From assembly GCA_050294405.1 (NCBI GenBank), contig JBNKOC010000009.1, forward strand, positions 64,001-128,000: a stretch of DNA of 64,000 nucleotides, in the 5' to 3' direction. This stretch comes from Fibrobacteria bacterium. GTDB taxonomy: Bacteria > Fibrobacterota > Fibrobacteria > UBA11236 > JADFYW01. The translations under genes were made by a program, and so were the position numbers. Shown piece after piece: positions 26,254 to 35,922 of the stretch. The notes under the pieces were generated by a model. That model searched no databases. It saw nothing but the letters and a program-made list of their open reading frames with translations, and was not told the origin of the DNA. Each line of letters begins with the position of its first letter. Position 1 is the stretch's first letter.

Positions 26254-28092
26254 ATGAGGTTAGCTGGTTTAATAGGTATTTTAGGAATCATAGGTGCCGG
26301 TTCCGTAATAGGGGATGACAGGGTTCCCGGAGATGGATGGAGTGTGAATGCGCCAGCTCATCCGGATTATCTCTTGCAAGATATAAAACCTTCTGGGTGG
26401 AATGTTAGGGTTGGGGGAATGGATTTTCTTTCTGATGGAAGAATGGTTATTTCTGATTGGGGCGCCGACATGGCTGAGACGGGAAAACTGCTCATCTTAA
26501 GTAATGTTACTTCTGGAAATGGAAATCAAGTTCAGGCGAAAGAAATTGTGACTCAGCTTAAAGAGCCCTTGGGTATTAAAGTCGTAAACGATGAAATTTA
26601 TTTTCTATCCAAAAAAAGATTGGGAAAAGTGACTAATTATGATTCCAATAATCCTACTGTTGAAACCGTTGTGGAGGGTTGGGATTATCCTACAGATGGG
26701 GATAGAGGAAGTTGTGGTTGCGAAAGATGGCATCTTTTTGCTTTCGGTCTTGTACATAAGGTGGAAGACGGCAAAGATTATTTTTATGGAACACTAGGAG
26801 GCGAGTATCCACCAAGCGGCACCCAGGGAGGCGATAGAGGAAGCCTTATTAAAATGGATCCTGAAAATGGCAGTTTTGAAGTTATCGCTGGTGGTCTTAG
26901 AACTCCCAACGGAGTTGAAATTGGTCCTGATGGAGAAATCTTTCAGGCAGAAAACCAAGGCCACTGGGTTCCAGCGGACAAGCTAAACGTCTTACGTCAG
27001 GGCGGGTTTTACGGGATGCAAAATGATCGCAGTAATCCTTTTCATCGTTCCGCGAACCAGCAGGATCCCCCAGCTATTTGGATTCCCTATCCTGAAGTGG
27101 GTAAGTCCAATGGAGAGCCTCTATACATTAGAGATGGCATTTTTAAAGGGCAAATGTTTATTACAGATGTATCCTTTGGAGGCTTGCAAAGAATCTTTTT
27201 GGAAAGAGTTAATGGAATGTATCAGGGAGCTATTTTCCACCATAGCGGAGGATTTGAGGCGGGTACTAATCGAATCGAATACGGTCCCGATAGCGCCATA
27301 TATGTAGGTCAAATTGGCAGTAACTCAAACTGGCATTGGAACAATAGGCAATATGGACTACAGCGAATGTCCTGGAAGGGTACTGTGACTTTTGAGATGC
27401 TGGCTATCCGCTCCATTTCCAACAATGAATTTGAAATCGAGTTTACCGGTGAGGTGGGCAACAGCGCTTCCAATTTGGCAAATTATGATTTGGAAAGATT
27501 CAGCTATGTTCCTGAAGAAACCTACGGCGGAGGAAAACAGCCTAATGAAAATGTTGTGGTAGAAGCGGTTACTGTTTCCGAAGATAAGAAAAAAGTGACC
27601 TTAAGAGTAAACAATATTCCAAAGGAGTTTTTGGGCACGGTGGTTTATTTTAACATTAGAGGGGTGACTTCTGCTGATGGCAAAACTCCGCTCAATGATG
27701 AAGCTTGGTACACTTTACACGACTACGGTCCTGCCGAAAAAGGCGGCTGTACGGATCCTGCCTACGAAGAATATTCTGCGGACAATGTATATGATGATGG
27801 AATAAGCTGTTTAACAGAAACAGTGTCCATTAAAAAAGAGCAAAACATTTTGGCCCGGGAGTTTAGGGATATGGGGATGTTTTCCGGGGCCGATGGAAAA
27901 CTGTGGATTTATAATCCATTGTCCCAGGAAACAAAATTGGAAGTTTTTAATATGAGAGGTCGTAAAGTTCTTGAAATGGTACTAAACAGCAAGGAAAAGA
28001 GCTTTATTGACCTGCAAATGGAAAGAGGCTTATATCAATTTAAATTCAAATCAGGTCCATTTGAATTTACACAGCCTTGGGTTAAGTATTAA
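26254..28092 (+). CDS. Secreted beta-propeller protein (sorbosone dehydrogenase-like) with Ig-like domain and C-terminal tail
   Basis: VGGMDFLSDGR, LKEPLG, AGGLRTPNG, ENQGHW; GCTDPAYEEY linker. Confidence 0.8.
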   Translation: MRLAGLIGILGIIGAGSVIGDDRVPGDGWSVNAPAHPDYLLQDIKPSGWNVRVGGMDFLSDGRMVISDWGADMAETGKLLILSNVTSGNGNQVQAKEIVTQLKEPLGIKVVNDEIYFLSKKRLGKVTNYDSNNPTVETVVEGWDYPTDGDRGSCGCERWHLFAFGLVHKVEDGKDYFYGTLGGEYPPSGTQGGDRGSLIKMDPENGSFEVIAGGLRTPNGVEIGPDGEIFQAENQGHWVPADKLNVLRQGGFYGMQNDRSNPFHRSANQQDPPAIWIPYPEVGKSNGEPLYIRDGIFKGQMFITDVSFGGLQRIFLERVNGMYQGAIFHHSGGFEAGTNRIEYGPDSAIYVGQIGSNSNWHWNNRQYGLQRMSWKGTVTFEMLAIRSISNNEFEIEFTGEVGNSASNLANYDLERFSYVPEETYGGGKQPNENVVVEAVTVSEDKKKVTLRVNNIPKEFLGTVVYFNIRGVTSADGKTPLNDEAWYTLHDYGPAEKGGCTDPAYEEYSADNVYDDGISCLTETVSIKKEQNILAREFRDMGMFSGADGKLWIYNPLSQETKLEVFNMRGRKVLEMVLNSKEKSFIDLQMERGLYQFKFKSGPFEFTQPWVKY

Positions 28093-28260
28093 TTGAATTG
28101 TAGTTTATGGGGTTTGGAAAAAAATAATTTCTGTTGTAAATATAAACCTGGATACATCAATATATTCAGGTTTAATTTAGGACCTACCAAAGAACCGATG
28201 GTATTTGAAATTGATTTAGGTTTCCACAATTTTTGACAAATAGTTTTGAAAGGCAGTTTT

Positions 28261-29829
28261 ATGAAATTTAACAAACTTGGGAGTATTATTTTTTTGGGGG
28301 CTTTGCTGGCTTGTTCCTCTATAATGGCCAATTCAGAGGATGAGCCGACCATTAATCTGCAACCCCTGTCTGGCGGGGGCTTTTTTGAATACGGAAATGC
28401 CTATAAGACCCTCCGGAACGGCTCCGAAGACACCGACTACATCACCCTGCACAACACTGTAGCCTGGTTTACTCAAAAGGCTACCATTAATGACCGGCTG
28501 AAAGTCGCCTTTGGAGTAGGGGGTACCTTCTTTTATAAATACCCCACTACCAGTTCTTCAGCTGAAACCTATTTCAGAACTTCGGCTGTGGGTATTTCAC
28601 AGGCCATGGTGCAATACGGTTTTGGAGATATAGAAGATCCATGGCTGAATCTCACAGTGGGATATTTTCCATTTAAATACAATTCAAACACCAAAAATTT
28701 CGGAGAATATTTATTTCGGGCTAAAGCCTACCCCAGTCAGTTGGTAAACGGAAGCTGGCATTTTGTGAACAACGCTTTTGCCGAGGCTTCGGGATTCCGA
28801 TTGAATTTTCCAATGATGGATAAAAAGTTAAATCTAGACCTGTTCCTCACCAACACCATTGATGTTTACCCGCTGTATGATATTTCTATTGCAGGGCTGG
28901 TCTCTTATAAAATGGAAAATGAGTTATTCGAAATAGGTGCCGGAGTTAACTTTGATAGAATTATTCCCGCCAGAAATTCTCTGACTCAACCCAAACAGCG
29001 CAATAACTCCTATTTTAACCACAGCCGCTTCCCCGGTAAAACTCTTACAGGAAATACTGAATATTATTCAGGGGCCGAAACCTATTACGGCAGTCAGATT
29101 TCTGCCCTTGACGAAGACGATCCTGCCATGGCACCTGAAATTGCCAGGTTGGAGGCTCTCCAATCAGCTTACTCGGACACTCTGGATTACTTGCTAGATA
29201 CCTTATATGTGGCATTTGACATTCAGGAAAAAGCCGCAAATGGAATTCCTAATGACGAATCAAGATTTACGAATGCAGAGGTAGCCAGCATTACGGGAGG
29301 ATATACCAACGAAAAGTTCTATACCTTTCAGGCTATAAAGACCATGGCGTATTTCAGTTTTAACATTCAAAGTATTTTAGAACTCGACATTTTAGGAAAA
29401 GACGCTTTTAAAATCTATGGAGAAATTGCCGTCTTGGGCATTCAGGATTACCCCCTGTTATACGATGATATCATGGAGCGAACACCTATGATGCTGGGCT
29501 TTCATTTTCCCACATTTAATTTACTGGATAATTTTGGGGTGGAAGTGGAGTACCTTCCGAACCCCTGGTTAAATTCCTCTGAAAAAGTTTTACAGAGCAA
29601 GATCCCCTTTCCCAAAATTGGCGAGGCCCGGGTCAACCCCTGGGATGAAGATGATTTTAGATGGATTATTTTTGCGCAAAAAACCATATTCCCCCGCGTA
29701 ACGGCTGGGTTTCAGGCAGGCAAAGACCATCTGCGGCCTATCGAAGGAAACTTTGCACCCTCTCAGGCATCCATTTTACAGCTACCGGGAGCCTGGTACT
29801 ATGCTTTGAGGTTGCAAGTTAGCATTTAA
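28261..29829 (+). CDS. Putative outer-membrane beta-barrel protein
   Basis: Signal peptide; GYFPFKYN..NFGEYLFR; C-terminal WYYALRLQVSI. Confidence 0.7.
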   Translation: MKFNKLGSIIFLGALLACSSIMANSEDEPTINLQPLSGGGFFEYGNAYKTLRNGSEDTDYITLHNTVAWFTQKATINDRLKVAFGVGGTFFYKYPTTSSSAETYFRTSAVGISQAMVQYGFGDIEDPWLNLTVGYFPFKYNSNTKNFGEYLFRAKAYPSQLVNGSWHFVNNAFAEASGFRLNFPMMDKKLNLDLFLTNTIDVYPLYDISIAGLVSYKMENELFEIGAGVNFDRIIPARNSLTQPKQRNNSYFNHSRFPGKTLTGNTEYYSGAETYYGSQISALDEDDPAMAPEIARLEALQSAYSDTLDYLLDTLYVAFDIQEKAANGIPNDESRFTNAEVASITGGYTNEKFYTFQAIKTMAYFSFNIQSILELDILGKDAFKIYGEIAVLGIQDYPLLYDDIMERTPMMLGFHFPTFNLLDNFGVEVEYLPNPWLNSSEKVLQSKIPFPKIGEARVNPWDEDDFRWIIFAQKTIFPRVTAGFQAGKDHLRPIEGNFAPSQASILQLPGAWYYALRLQVSI

Positions 29830-29854
29830 TTAAACGAAAATAGGAAGGTACGAT

Positions 29855-31099
29855 ATGAACAAAATAATATTAACCCTGGTTATGCTGATAGCCAATATCG
29901 ATCTCGTGTTCAGCGAATGTGCAGATACCGGTAACCGAAAAGGGATGGGAAATATTGATTCTGCTTCCCTGGTGCTCGGCTTGGATCCTAATGCACCCGT
30001 CAATACCCTTACAGAAATGGAGGAAAAGCTTGGCTGGGAATTGTTATTCGATGGTACCTCAAGTAGCATGCGAGACAACTGGAAAGGACATAAAAACCCT
30101 ACCTTGGGTTCCGGCTGGCAAATCAATTCAGACGCGATGCATATGAGCACTCCTTCTGGGGATGCCGAAACCAAGGAATCCTGGACCAATTTTGTTCTTG
30201 CTACGGATTGGCGAATTTGGGAATGCGGGAATTCCGGTATTTTTGTACGGGGAGATCCCAATTATGGGAATTCAGCCTTTGGTACTACCATGGAATATCA
30301 AATTCTGGATAATACCTGTCACGGGGACCGTGCTGTGCAGCAAACCTGTGCTTCTGCGGTTTACGGAGTGATTCAACCCACTCGCGATGGCCAGCCTACT
30401 TCCCTCTATTGGGATGCATCTAACCCCGAATACGAAGACCAACCATTTGAAGGTAAAAAGGTCACAAAATGGAACAAAACTTTTATCAAGTCCAATGGGG
30501 TCTTTCATGACACTTGGTTGAATGGAATCCGAGTGGGCAATTATGAAATAGGTAATGCTACCTGGGATTCGATGAGAACTATCAGCCGAACCCAGTGGCT
30601 GGATGCAAGTGAGGCTAGAAATCCAGATTGGGGCGAAATCAGAAAAGGGGTAATTGTTTTTCAGGATCATACGGATAAAAACTGGTATCGTAACGTCAAA
30701 ATTAAACCTTTGCCTGAAGATGGATCAGCTACATTATGTGATTATTATCCAGGTTCTCCTGAATGTGAAGATTCTGAAAATCCAGTTCACCGGGAAAATT
30801 ATTGCATGATTTACGAAAATACCGAAAATGCCTGTGCTGTAAATACAGTTCGTTATGAGATCACCAATCGAGGAAATGCAATTGGAATAGGGGATTATAA
30901 CATCAGGTTTGAAGGAACAGGGTATCACGAATTTGTATTGTATGATTTAAAGGGCAACGCTATTAAATCCTTTTCTGGTAATGGTTCAAATACTCATTCT
31001 ATTAACTCCATTAAGCAGGGGATATATTTCTTAAAAGGAAATTTTGTGGATAACAAGGGCCGTCAGCAAAGTGTTTCCCAACGGGTGGATATCTTTTAA
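29855..31099 (+). CDS. DUF1080 (3-keto-disaccharide hydrolase-like) secreted protein with C-terminal tail
   Basis: NTLTEMEEKLGWELLFDG, GNSGIF, EYQILD, FQDH, YRNVKIK. Confidence 0.88.
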   Translation: MNKIILTLVMLIANIDLVFSECADTGNRKGMGNIDSASLVLGLDPNAPVNTLTEMEEKLGWELLFDGTSSSMRDNWKGHKNPTLGSGWQINSDAMHMSTPSGDAETKESWTNFVLATDWRIWECGNSGIFVRGDPNYGNSAFGTTMEYQILDNTCHGDRAVQQTCASAVYGVIQPTRDGQPTSLYWDASNPEYEDQPFEGKKVTKWNKTFIKSNGVFHDTWLNGIRVGNYEIGNATWDSMRTISRTQWLDASEARNPDWGEIRKGVIVFQDHTDKNWYRNVKIKPLPEDGSATLCDYYPGSPECEDSENPVHRENYCMIYENTENACAVNTVRYEITNRGNAIGIGDYNIRFEGTGYHEFVLYDLKGNAIKSFSGNGSNTHSINSIKQGIYFLKGNFVDNKGRQQSVSQRVDIF

Positions 31100-31123
31100 C
31101 TCCTAAAAGAAATTTTTAAAATT

Positions 31124-31156
31124 AAGGTTAAGTAATTTTTATTACTTAACCTTTTT
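31124..31156. terminator. Bidirectional hairpin between convergent genes
   Basis: AAGGTTAAGTAAT-tttt-ATTACTTAACCTT. Confidence 0.65.
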
Positions 31157-31974
31157 TATTTTAAGATGTTATGTTTCCTGAAGAACGTTTCACTGGCCCT
31201 AAATGCTTCCTGATATTGATTGGCAAAAGGGTATAAGTCAGGGGTAAGATCACCCCCGTAGCCTATTTCGGTCAAAGCCAAAAAAATATCTTCAAAATTT
31301 ATATCCCCATCTCCAAAGAGCAAATGTTGGTGGACCCTGTTTTTTATATCTTCAAAATGGATGTTAAGCAAATAAGGGAAAAGGGCTTTAAGGCTTTGAG
31401 GGATATCCTCACCCAGAACTTGGGAATGGCCAACATCAAAGGTTAAAAACAGCTCCCCCTCATAGCGCTGGCACAATTCGAGCATTTGAGGGGTGCTGTG
31501 GATAACATGCTCAGGTTCTTGCTCAAGAGTAAGTTTAATGGCGGGATTTAGCTTTTTTAAAATTTTATCAATCCCAACATATAAATTCATCATGGCGCTC
31601 ATTGGAATGTCGTCTTCTACCCGCAAACCTGTGGTGATGGTAAATTTATTAGGCAACAATCGGTTGGCAATTTCCACGCATTTTAAAACTATCTCCAATT
31701 TATCCTTAGATTCGGATTTGGCAGTGGCGGCTAATCCGGGAAAGTGAGCTGTTCCAGATCCCAAATGAGGGTGGCCCAAATGAATACTTCGAAGAAATAA
31801 TTTTTTTTCTTTGATGTATGTTGCAATATCTTCCCAATAGGGATGGTCGTTATATCTCTCCAGCATTTTGGGAGTGATGACTAACTCCACGCCCGGGAAA
31901 ATATTTTGCGGGTATAAGTCCAGCACCTTGTCCAAAGGCAGATCAGGAAGCGAGCCAGTGCTATAACACAGCAT
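31156..31974 (-). CDS. Sugar phosphate isomerase/epimerase (xylose isomerase-like TIM barrel)
   Basis: LEQEPEH, FDVGHS, NIHFEDI..HQHLLFGDGDI. Confidence 0.85.
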   Translation of the reverse strand: MLCYSTGSLPDLPLDKVLDLYPQNIFPGVELVITPKMLERYNDHPYWEDIATYIKEKKLFLRSIHLGHPHLGSGTAHFPGLAATAKSESKDKLEIVLKCVEIANRLLPNKFTITTGLRVEDDIPMSAMMNLYVGIDKILKKLNPAIKLTLEQEPEHVIHSTPQMLELCQRYEGELFLTFDVGHSQVLGEDIPQSLKALFPYLLNIHFEDIKNRVHQHLLFGDGDINFEDIFLALTEIGYGGDLTPDLYPFANQYQEAFRASETFFRKHNILK

Positions 31975-33103
31975 TTAAATATTGGCTGAGAATATGTTTT
32001 AATACATCGGAATTCACATGGGTTAAAACAGAGCTCCCATGGGTGGCCACTTTTCCAATGCGGGATAACAATACGAATTTGGTATCGTCTCCGGTTTTTT
32101 TATTGTCCTTTTGGATTTCCCGAAATAAATTATCTGGATTTACAAAGTCATTAATGGGTGGGATGCAGTGAATCAGTTTGAGCAGGCGTTTTTGTTTTAG
32201 GTTATCTTCAGGGGCAAATACCCCCATAGCTTCTCCCAAATCACCAGCAATATGAAGCCCGTGCCAAACGGCCTCTCCATGATAAAATTTTCCATTGGAC
32301 AAATACTCTATGGCATGACCGGCAGTGTGGCCGTATTCCAGAATAAGGCCGAACTTTCTTTCGCTGGGGTCTTTTCTGGCGATTTCAAATTTTTGCTGGA
32401 GAGAATCGTAAATAACATTGTCTAAATCCTGCTGGCTGGGGTTTGACGAACATACCTTTAATGCTTTCTCGTAATGTTCTCCCCCTAAAATAAGCGCGTT
32501 TTTGCAATACTCCACTAAAGCTGAACGAATTTGCCGAACCGGTTCGGTGGATAGCCATTGAGAATCCACAATAGCTGCTTTTGGAGTGCAAAAAACACCC
32601 AGGCGGTTTTTGCTGCCCGCAAAATTTACAGATTGCTTGTTGGAAACAATCACATCGGATTGCGCCAGCAAGGTAGTGGGAACTTGTAAAAAGGAAATGC
32701 CTCTGTAGAGCATGCTTCCAGCCAACCCACCTAAATTTAATATGACTCCCCCTCCAAAGTTTATGAGCAAGGATGACTTGCTGGCCCCTTTATCAAACAT
32801 AAATTCGCAAATTTGTTCTAAGGATTGCAGGCTTTTGTTGTTTTCACCAGGGTCCATTATCCATTCAAAGACGGGAATGGAAGAATCGATTTGCGCTAGC
32901 AAGCCTTCTTTATGGAGAGGGTACACTGTGGTATCAGATAAAATAAAAATCTTGTCCGGCGATGTTTCTTTGATAACATTGGGTAAGACTTCTATGGAGC
33001 TTCGCCCAAAATAAATGGGCATTTTCCCTTCTAAAGGAGAAAATGTTGTTTTAACGACTTTAGAAGATGCGTATGTCAAAATCAAAACCCCCACGCCAAA
33101 CAA
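31961..33103 (-). CDS. Sugar-phosphate cyclase of the DHQS superfamily, 2-deoxy-scyllo-inosose synthase-like (start uncertain)
   Basis: GGGVILNLGG, PTTLLAQSD..KQSVN..KN, DPSERKFGLILEYGHTAGHAIE, HGEAV. Confidence 0.8.
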   Translation of the reverse strand: MFGVGVLILTYASSKVVKTTFSPLEGKMPIYFGRSSIEVLPNVIKETSPDKIFILSDTTVYPLHKEGLLAQIDSSIPVFEWIMDPGENNKSLQSLEQICEFMFDKGASKSSLLINFGGGVILNLGGLAGSMLYRGISFLQVPTTLLAQSDVIVSNKQSVNFAGSKNRLGVFCTPKAAIVDSQWLSTEPVRQIRSALVEYCKNALILGGEHYEKALKVCSSNPSQQDLDNVIYDSLQQKFEIARKDPSERKFGLILEYGHTAGHAIEYLSNGKFYHGEAVWHGLHIAGDLGEAMGVFAPEDNLKQKRLLKLIHCIPPINDFVNPDNLFREIQKDNKKTGDDTKFVLLSRIGKVATHGSSVLTHVNSDVLKHILSQYLNAVL

Positions 33104-33319
33104 AAAACCAGGCCCTCAATTGCGGAATATAAATTACCGCAATTTTAACCCCCTTTATAATTAATTTATAAAGAAACCAAAAAAAAATCTGCCGGGAAAT
33201 GCTTAAAAAGCGCGTAAAAAGGGCTAAAAAAGCTACAAATTATCAATTTTTAGGCCCTTTTGCCTAATCCCCCGGGCCAAACTTTTATAATTTACCCCTA
33301 GCCATTAGCAAAGGAAAAT

Positions 33320-34513
33320 ATGGGTCATCCAGTTCAACTCACTTACTGTACTAACGTGCATTCCATGCCCGATTATGATAGCTGGAAAAAGGAAATTGGC
33401 TTTTTCGGTCCGCAGGTTCGCTCTGAATTATCCTGGGAGTTTTTAAATATGGGTTTGTGGTTTCAGGCAGAATTGGCCCATGGGGTGATCTGGAACAAAG
33501 AACATGGGGCTCTGAAACTAAAAGAATTTTTAGCAGAAAATAAACTGGGAGTGTTTACGTTAAACGCTTTTCCTTTTGGAAATTTTCACGATGAGGTTGT
33601 GAAGAAAAATGTGTATTTACCTGATTGGTGTGATATATCTAGAGTGCAATACACATTAAATTGTGCCAAGTTGCTTTCCCATTTGCTTTCAGATGGAAAT
33701 GATTACGGTAGCATTTCAACCTTGCCTTTGGGATGGCGAACAGGTTTTAACGATGAAAAAATGATAAAAGCCGCAGAGAATTTGTTGGAGGTATCTCAAG
33801 AACTGGAACAATTACATCAAAATACAGGAAAGCAAATTCGTATTTGCATTGAACCTGAGCCTGGTTGCGCCTTGGAATTTACGCCCCAAGTCGTGGAGTT
33901 TTGGGATAAATACTTGCGTCCTGCAGCTGAAAAAAAATTTGGGAAAAACTTTCCACTGACAAATTACTTGGGACTATGTTATGACACTTGCCATCAAGCG
34001 GTTCAATTTGAGAATTCCGCAGAATCCCTGGATTTACTAATGAACAATGAAATACCCATTGGAAAGATACAACTTTCCAATGCGCTGGAGTTTTTTCCTG
34101 AGGAAATGAACCTTGCGAAAAAACAACGGGAAAGTTTCTGCGAAAAAAAATTTTTGCACCAAACCAGAATAATGGGGAATGAGGGCCTTATTTGTTTTGA
34201 CGACTTAAATGAGGCCATGGAAACACAAGTTTCAAATTATGATTATCCATGGCGAACGCACTATCATGTGCCTCTAATGTATTCCACTATGGCAGATAGC
34301 CAAAAAATTGGAAATACTATCTTGGAAATGTTTAAGGCCATTGACTATGTAATTAAGTACGGGCTATGTTCGCATTTTGAAGTGGAAACCTACACTTGGA
34401 CGGTTTTACCTGAACATATAAGGCCTAAAAATAAAACCGATTTGGCAAAATCTCTGGCTGCGGAAATCCGCATGGTGGATGATTATTTCCATAAAACAGC
34501 CGAGGAAAAATAA
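33320..34513 (+). CDS. eboE: Metabolite traffic protein EboE
   Basis: LTYCTNVH, FTLNAFPFGNFH..VKKNVYLPDW, ISTLPLGW, EPEPGC, CYDTCH, WRTHYHVP, EVETYTW. Confidence 0.92.
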   Translation: MGHPVQLTYCTNVHSMPDYDSWKKEIGFFGPQVRSELSWEFLNMGLWFQAELAHGVIWNKEHGALKLKEFLAENKLGVFTLNAFPFGNFHDEVVKKNVYLPDWCDISRVQYTLNCAKLLSHLLSDGNDYGSISTLPLGWRTGFNDEKMIKAAENLLEVSQELEQLHQNTGKQIRICIEPEPGCALEFTPQVVEFWDKYLRPAAEKKFGKNFPLTNYLGLCYDTCHQAVQFENSAESLDLLMNNEIPIGKIQLSNALEFFPEEMNLAKKQRESFCEKKFLHQTRIMGNEGLICFDDLNEAMETQVSNYDYPWRTHYHVPLMYSTMADSQKIGNTILEMFKAIDYVIKYGLCSHFEVETYTWTVLPEHIRPKNKTDLAKSLAAEIRMVDDYFHKTAEEK

Positions 34514-34529
34514 ATACAGGATTTACAGC

Positions 34530-35903
34530 ATGACAAAACTTGCAGTTATTAATGTAGTTGGGTTAACTCGTTCTTTAATTGGAGAGAATACCCCTCACAT
34601 TAAAAATTTTTTTGAGGGAGGATGGAATCTCCGGTTAGAAGAGCCGTTTCCAGCAGTAACATGCACCAGCCAGGCTAATATGCTAACTGGCGAGCAGCCA
34701 AGCGAACACGGAATTGTTGGCAATGGATGGTATTTTAAGGATTTGGCCGAAGTTGGATTTTGGAAACAAAATGATGGGTTAGTCCAGGGTGAAAAAGTAT
34801 GGGAAACTCTTAAGAAACAAAATCAAAATTTCACCTGCGCCAAAATTTTTTGGTGGTACAATATGTATTCAGATGTGGACTGGAGTATTACCCCCCGGCC
34901 TTTGTATCCTGCTGATGGAAGGAAAATATTCGGAGTATATACCCAGCCCATTGAAATGGGCCAGGAAATTGAAAAAGATTTAGGCAAGTTTCCCTTTATG
35001 AATTTTTGGGGTCCAGCATCAGATATTCCCAGCTCAGACTGGATAGCCCAATCTGGAAAATGGATTTTTGACAAGCACCAACCTGATTTAAATTTGGTCT
35101 ATTTGCCTCATTTGGATTATCCCCTGCAAAAACATGGCCCTAAATATGAGGGGCTAGGTAAAGAATTAAAAAAAATAGATGATGTTGTCGGTGACTTGCT
35201 GGACTTTTATGCAAAAAATAATACTTATGTTATGCTTGTGTCTGAATACGGCATTACTGAAGCAAAAAGTTTTTCCCATCCCAATAGAATATTGAGGGAA
35301 AATGGATATGTTCAGGTTATCCCAAGTTTAAGCTGGGAATTGCTGGATTGCGGGGCCAGCAGGGCTTTTGCCGTATCCGATCACCAAATATGTCACATAT
35401 ACGTAAAAAACAAATCCGAAATCGAAAATGTGGCGTCTTTGTTTGAGGGTAAGCCAGAAAATAAAGATGTTATTTATGGAAAACGAAAAATAGATTTGGG
35501 ATTAGACCATGATAGGGCGGGGGATATTATTTTAATGGCAAGTCCTGAGCATTGGTATACTTATTACTATTGGATGGATGATGATAAAGCACCAGATTTC
35601 GCACGATGTGTGGATATACACAGAAAACCGGGTTATGATCCGGTGGAGTTGTTTTTAGATCCGGATTTAAAAATTCCCAAAGCAAAAATTGCCATGACCT
35701 TGTTAAAAAAATCTATGGGGTTTAGATATTATATGGATGTTATACCTTTAAAGCCCGAGCTGGTGAAAGGCACCCATGGCACCGCAGTTGAAGGAGTGGA
35801 TGAAGGGCCTGTATTAATATCAAACTTTTCTAAGGCCAATCCCGGGCTCGAAATTATGCCAATGCACAGGGTTAGAGATGTTATTCTGAAACACTTTGAG
35901 TAA
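34530..35903 (+). CDS. eboF: EboF-like alkaline phosphatase/nucleotide pyrophosphatase
   Basis: NVVGLT, PAVTCTSQ, FWWYNM, YLPHLDY, VDIHRKPGYDPVELF, VKGTHG; follows eboE. Confidence 0.9.
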   Translation: MTKLAVINVVGLTRSLIGENTPHIKNFFEGGWNLRLEEPFPAVTCTSQANMLTGEQPSEHGIVGNGWYFKDLAEVGFWKQNDGLVQGEKVWETLKKQNQNFTCAKIFWWYNMYSDVDWSITPRPLYPADGRKIFGVYTQPIEMGQEIEKDLGKFPFMNFWGPASDIPSSDWIAQSGKWIFDKHQPDLNLVYLPHLDYPLQKHGPKYEGLGKELKKIDDVVGDLLDFYAKNNTYVMLVSEYGITEAKSFSHPNRILRENGYVQVIPSLSWELLDCGASRAFAVSDHQICHIYVKNKSEIENVASLFEGKPENKDVIYGKRKIDLGLDHDRAGDIILMASPEHWYTYYYWMDDDKAPDFARCVDIHRKPGYDPVELFLDPDLKIPKAKIAMTLLKKSMGFRYYMDVIPLKPELVKGTHGTAVEGVDEGPVLISNFSKANPGLEIMPMHRVRDVILKHFE

Positions 35904-35922
35904 ATAAGCCCTTACATTTAAT

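Noticed and set aside
31961..33103. Annotation as housekeeping aroB
   Set aside because: Motifs (NLGG, AQSD, EYGHT) and the ebo context argue against canonical DHQS
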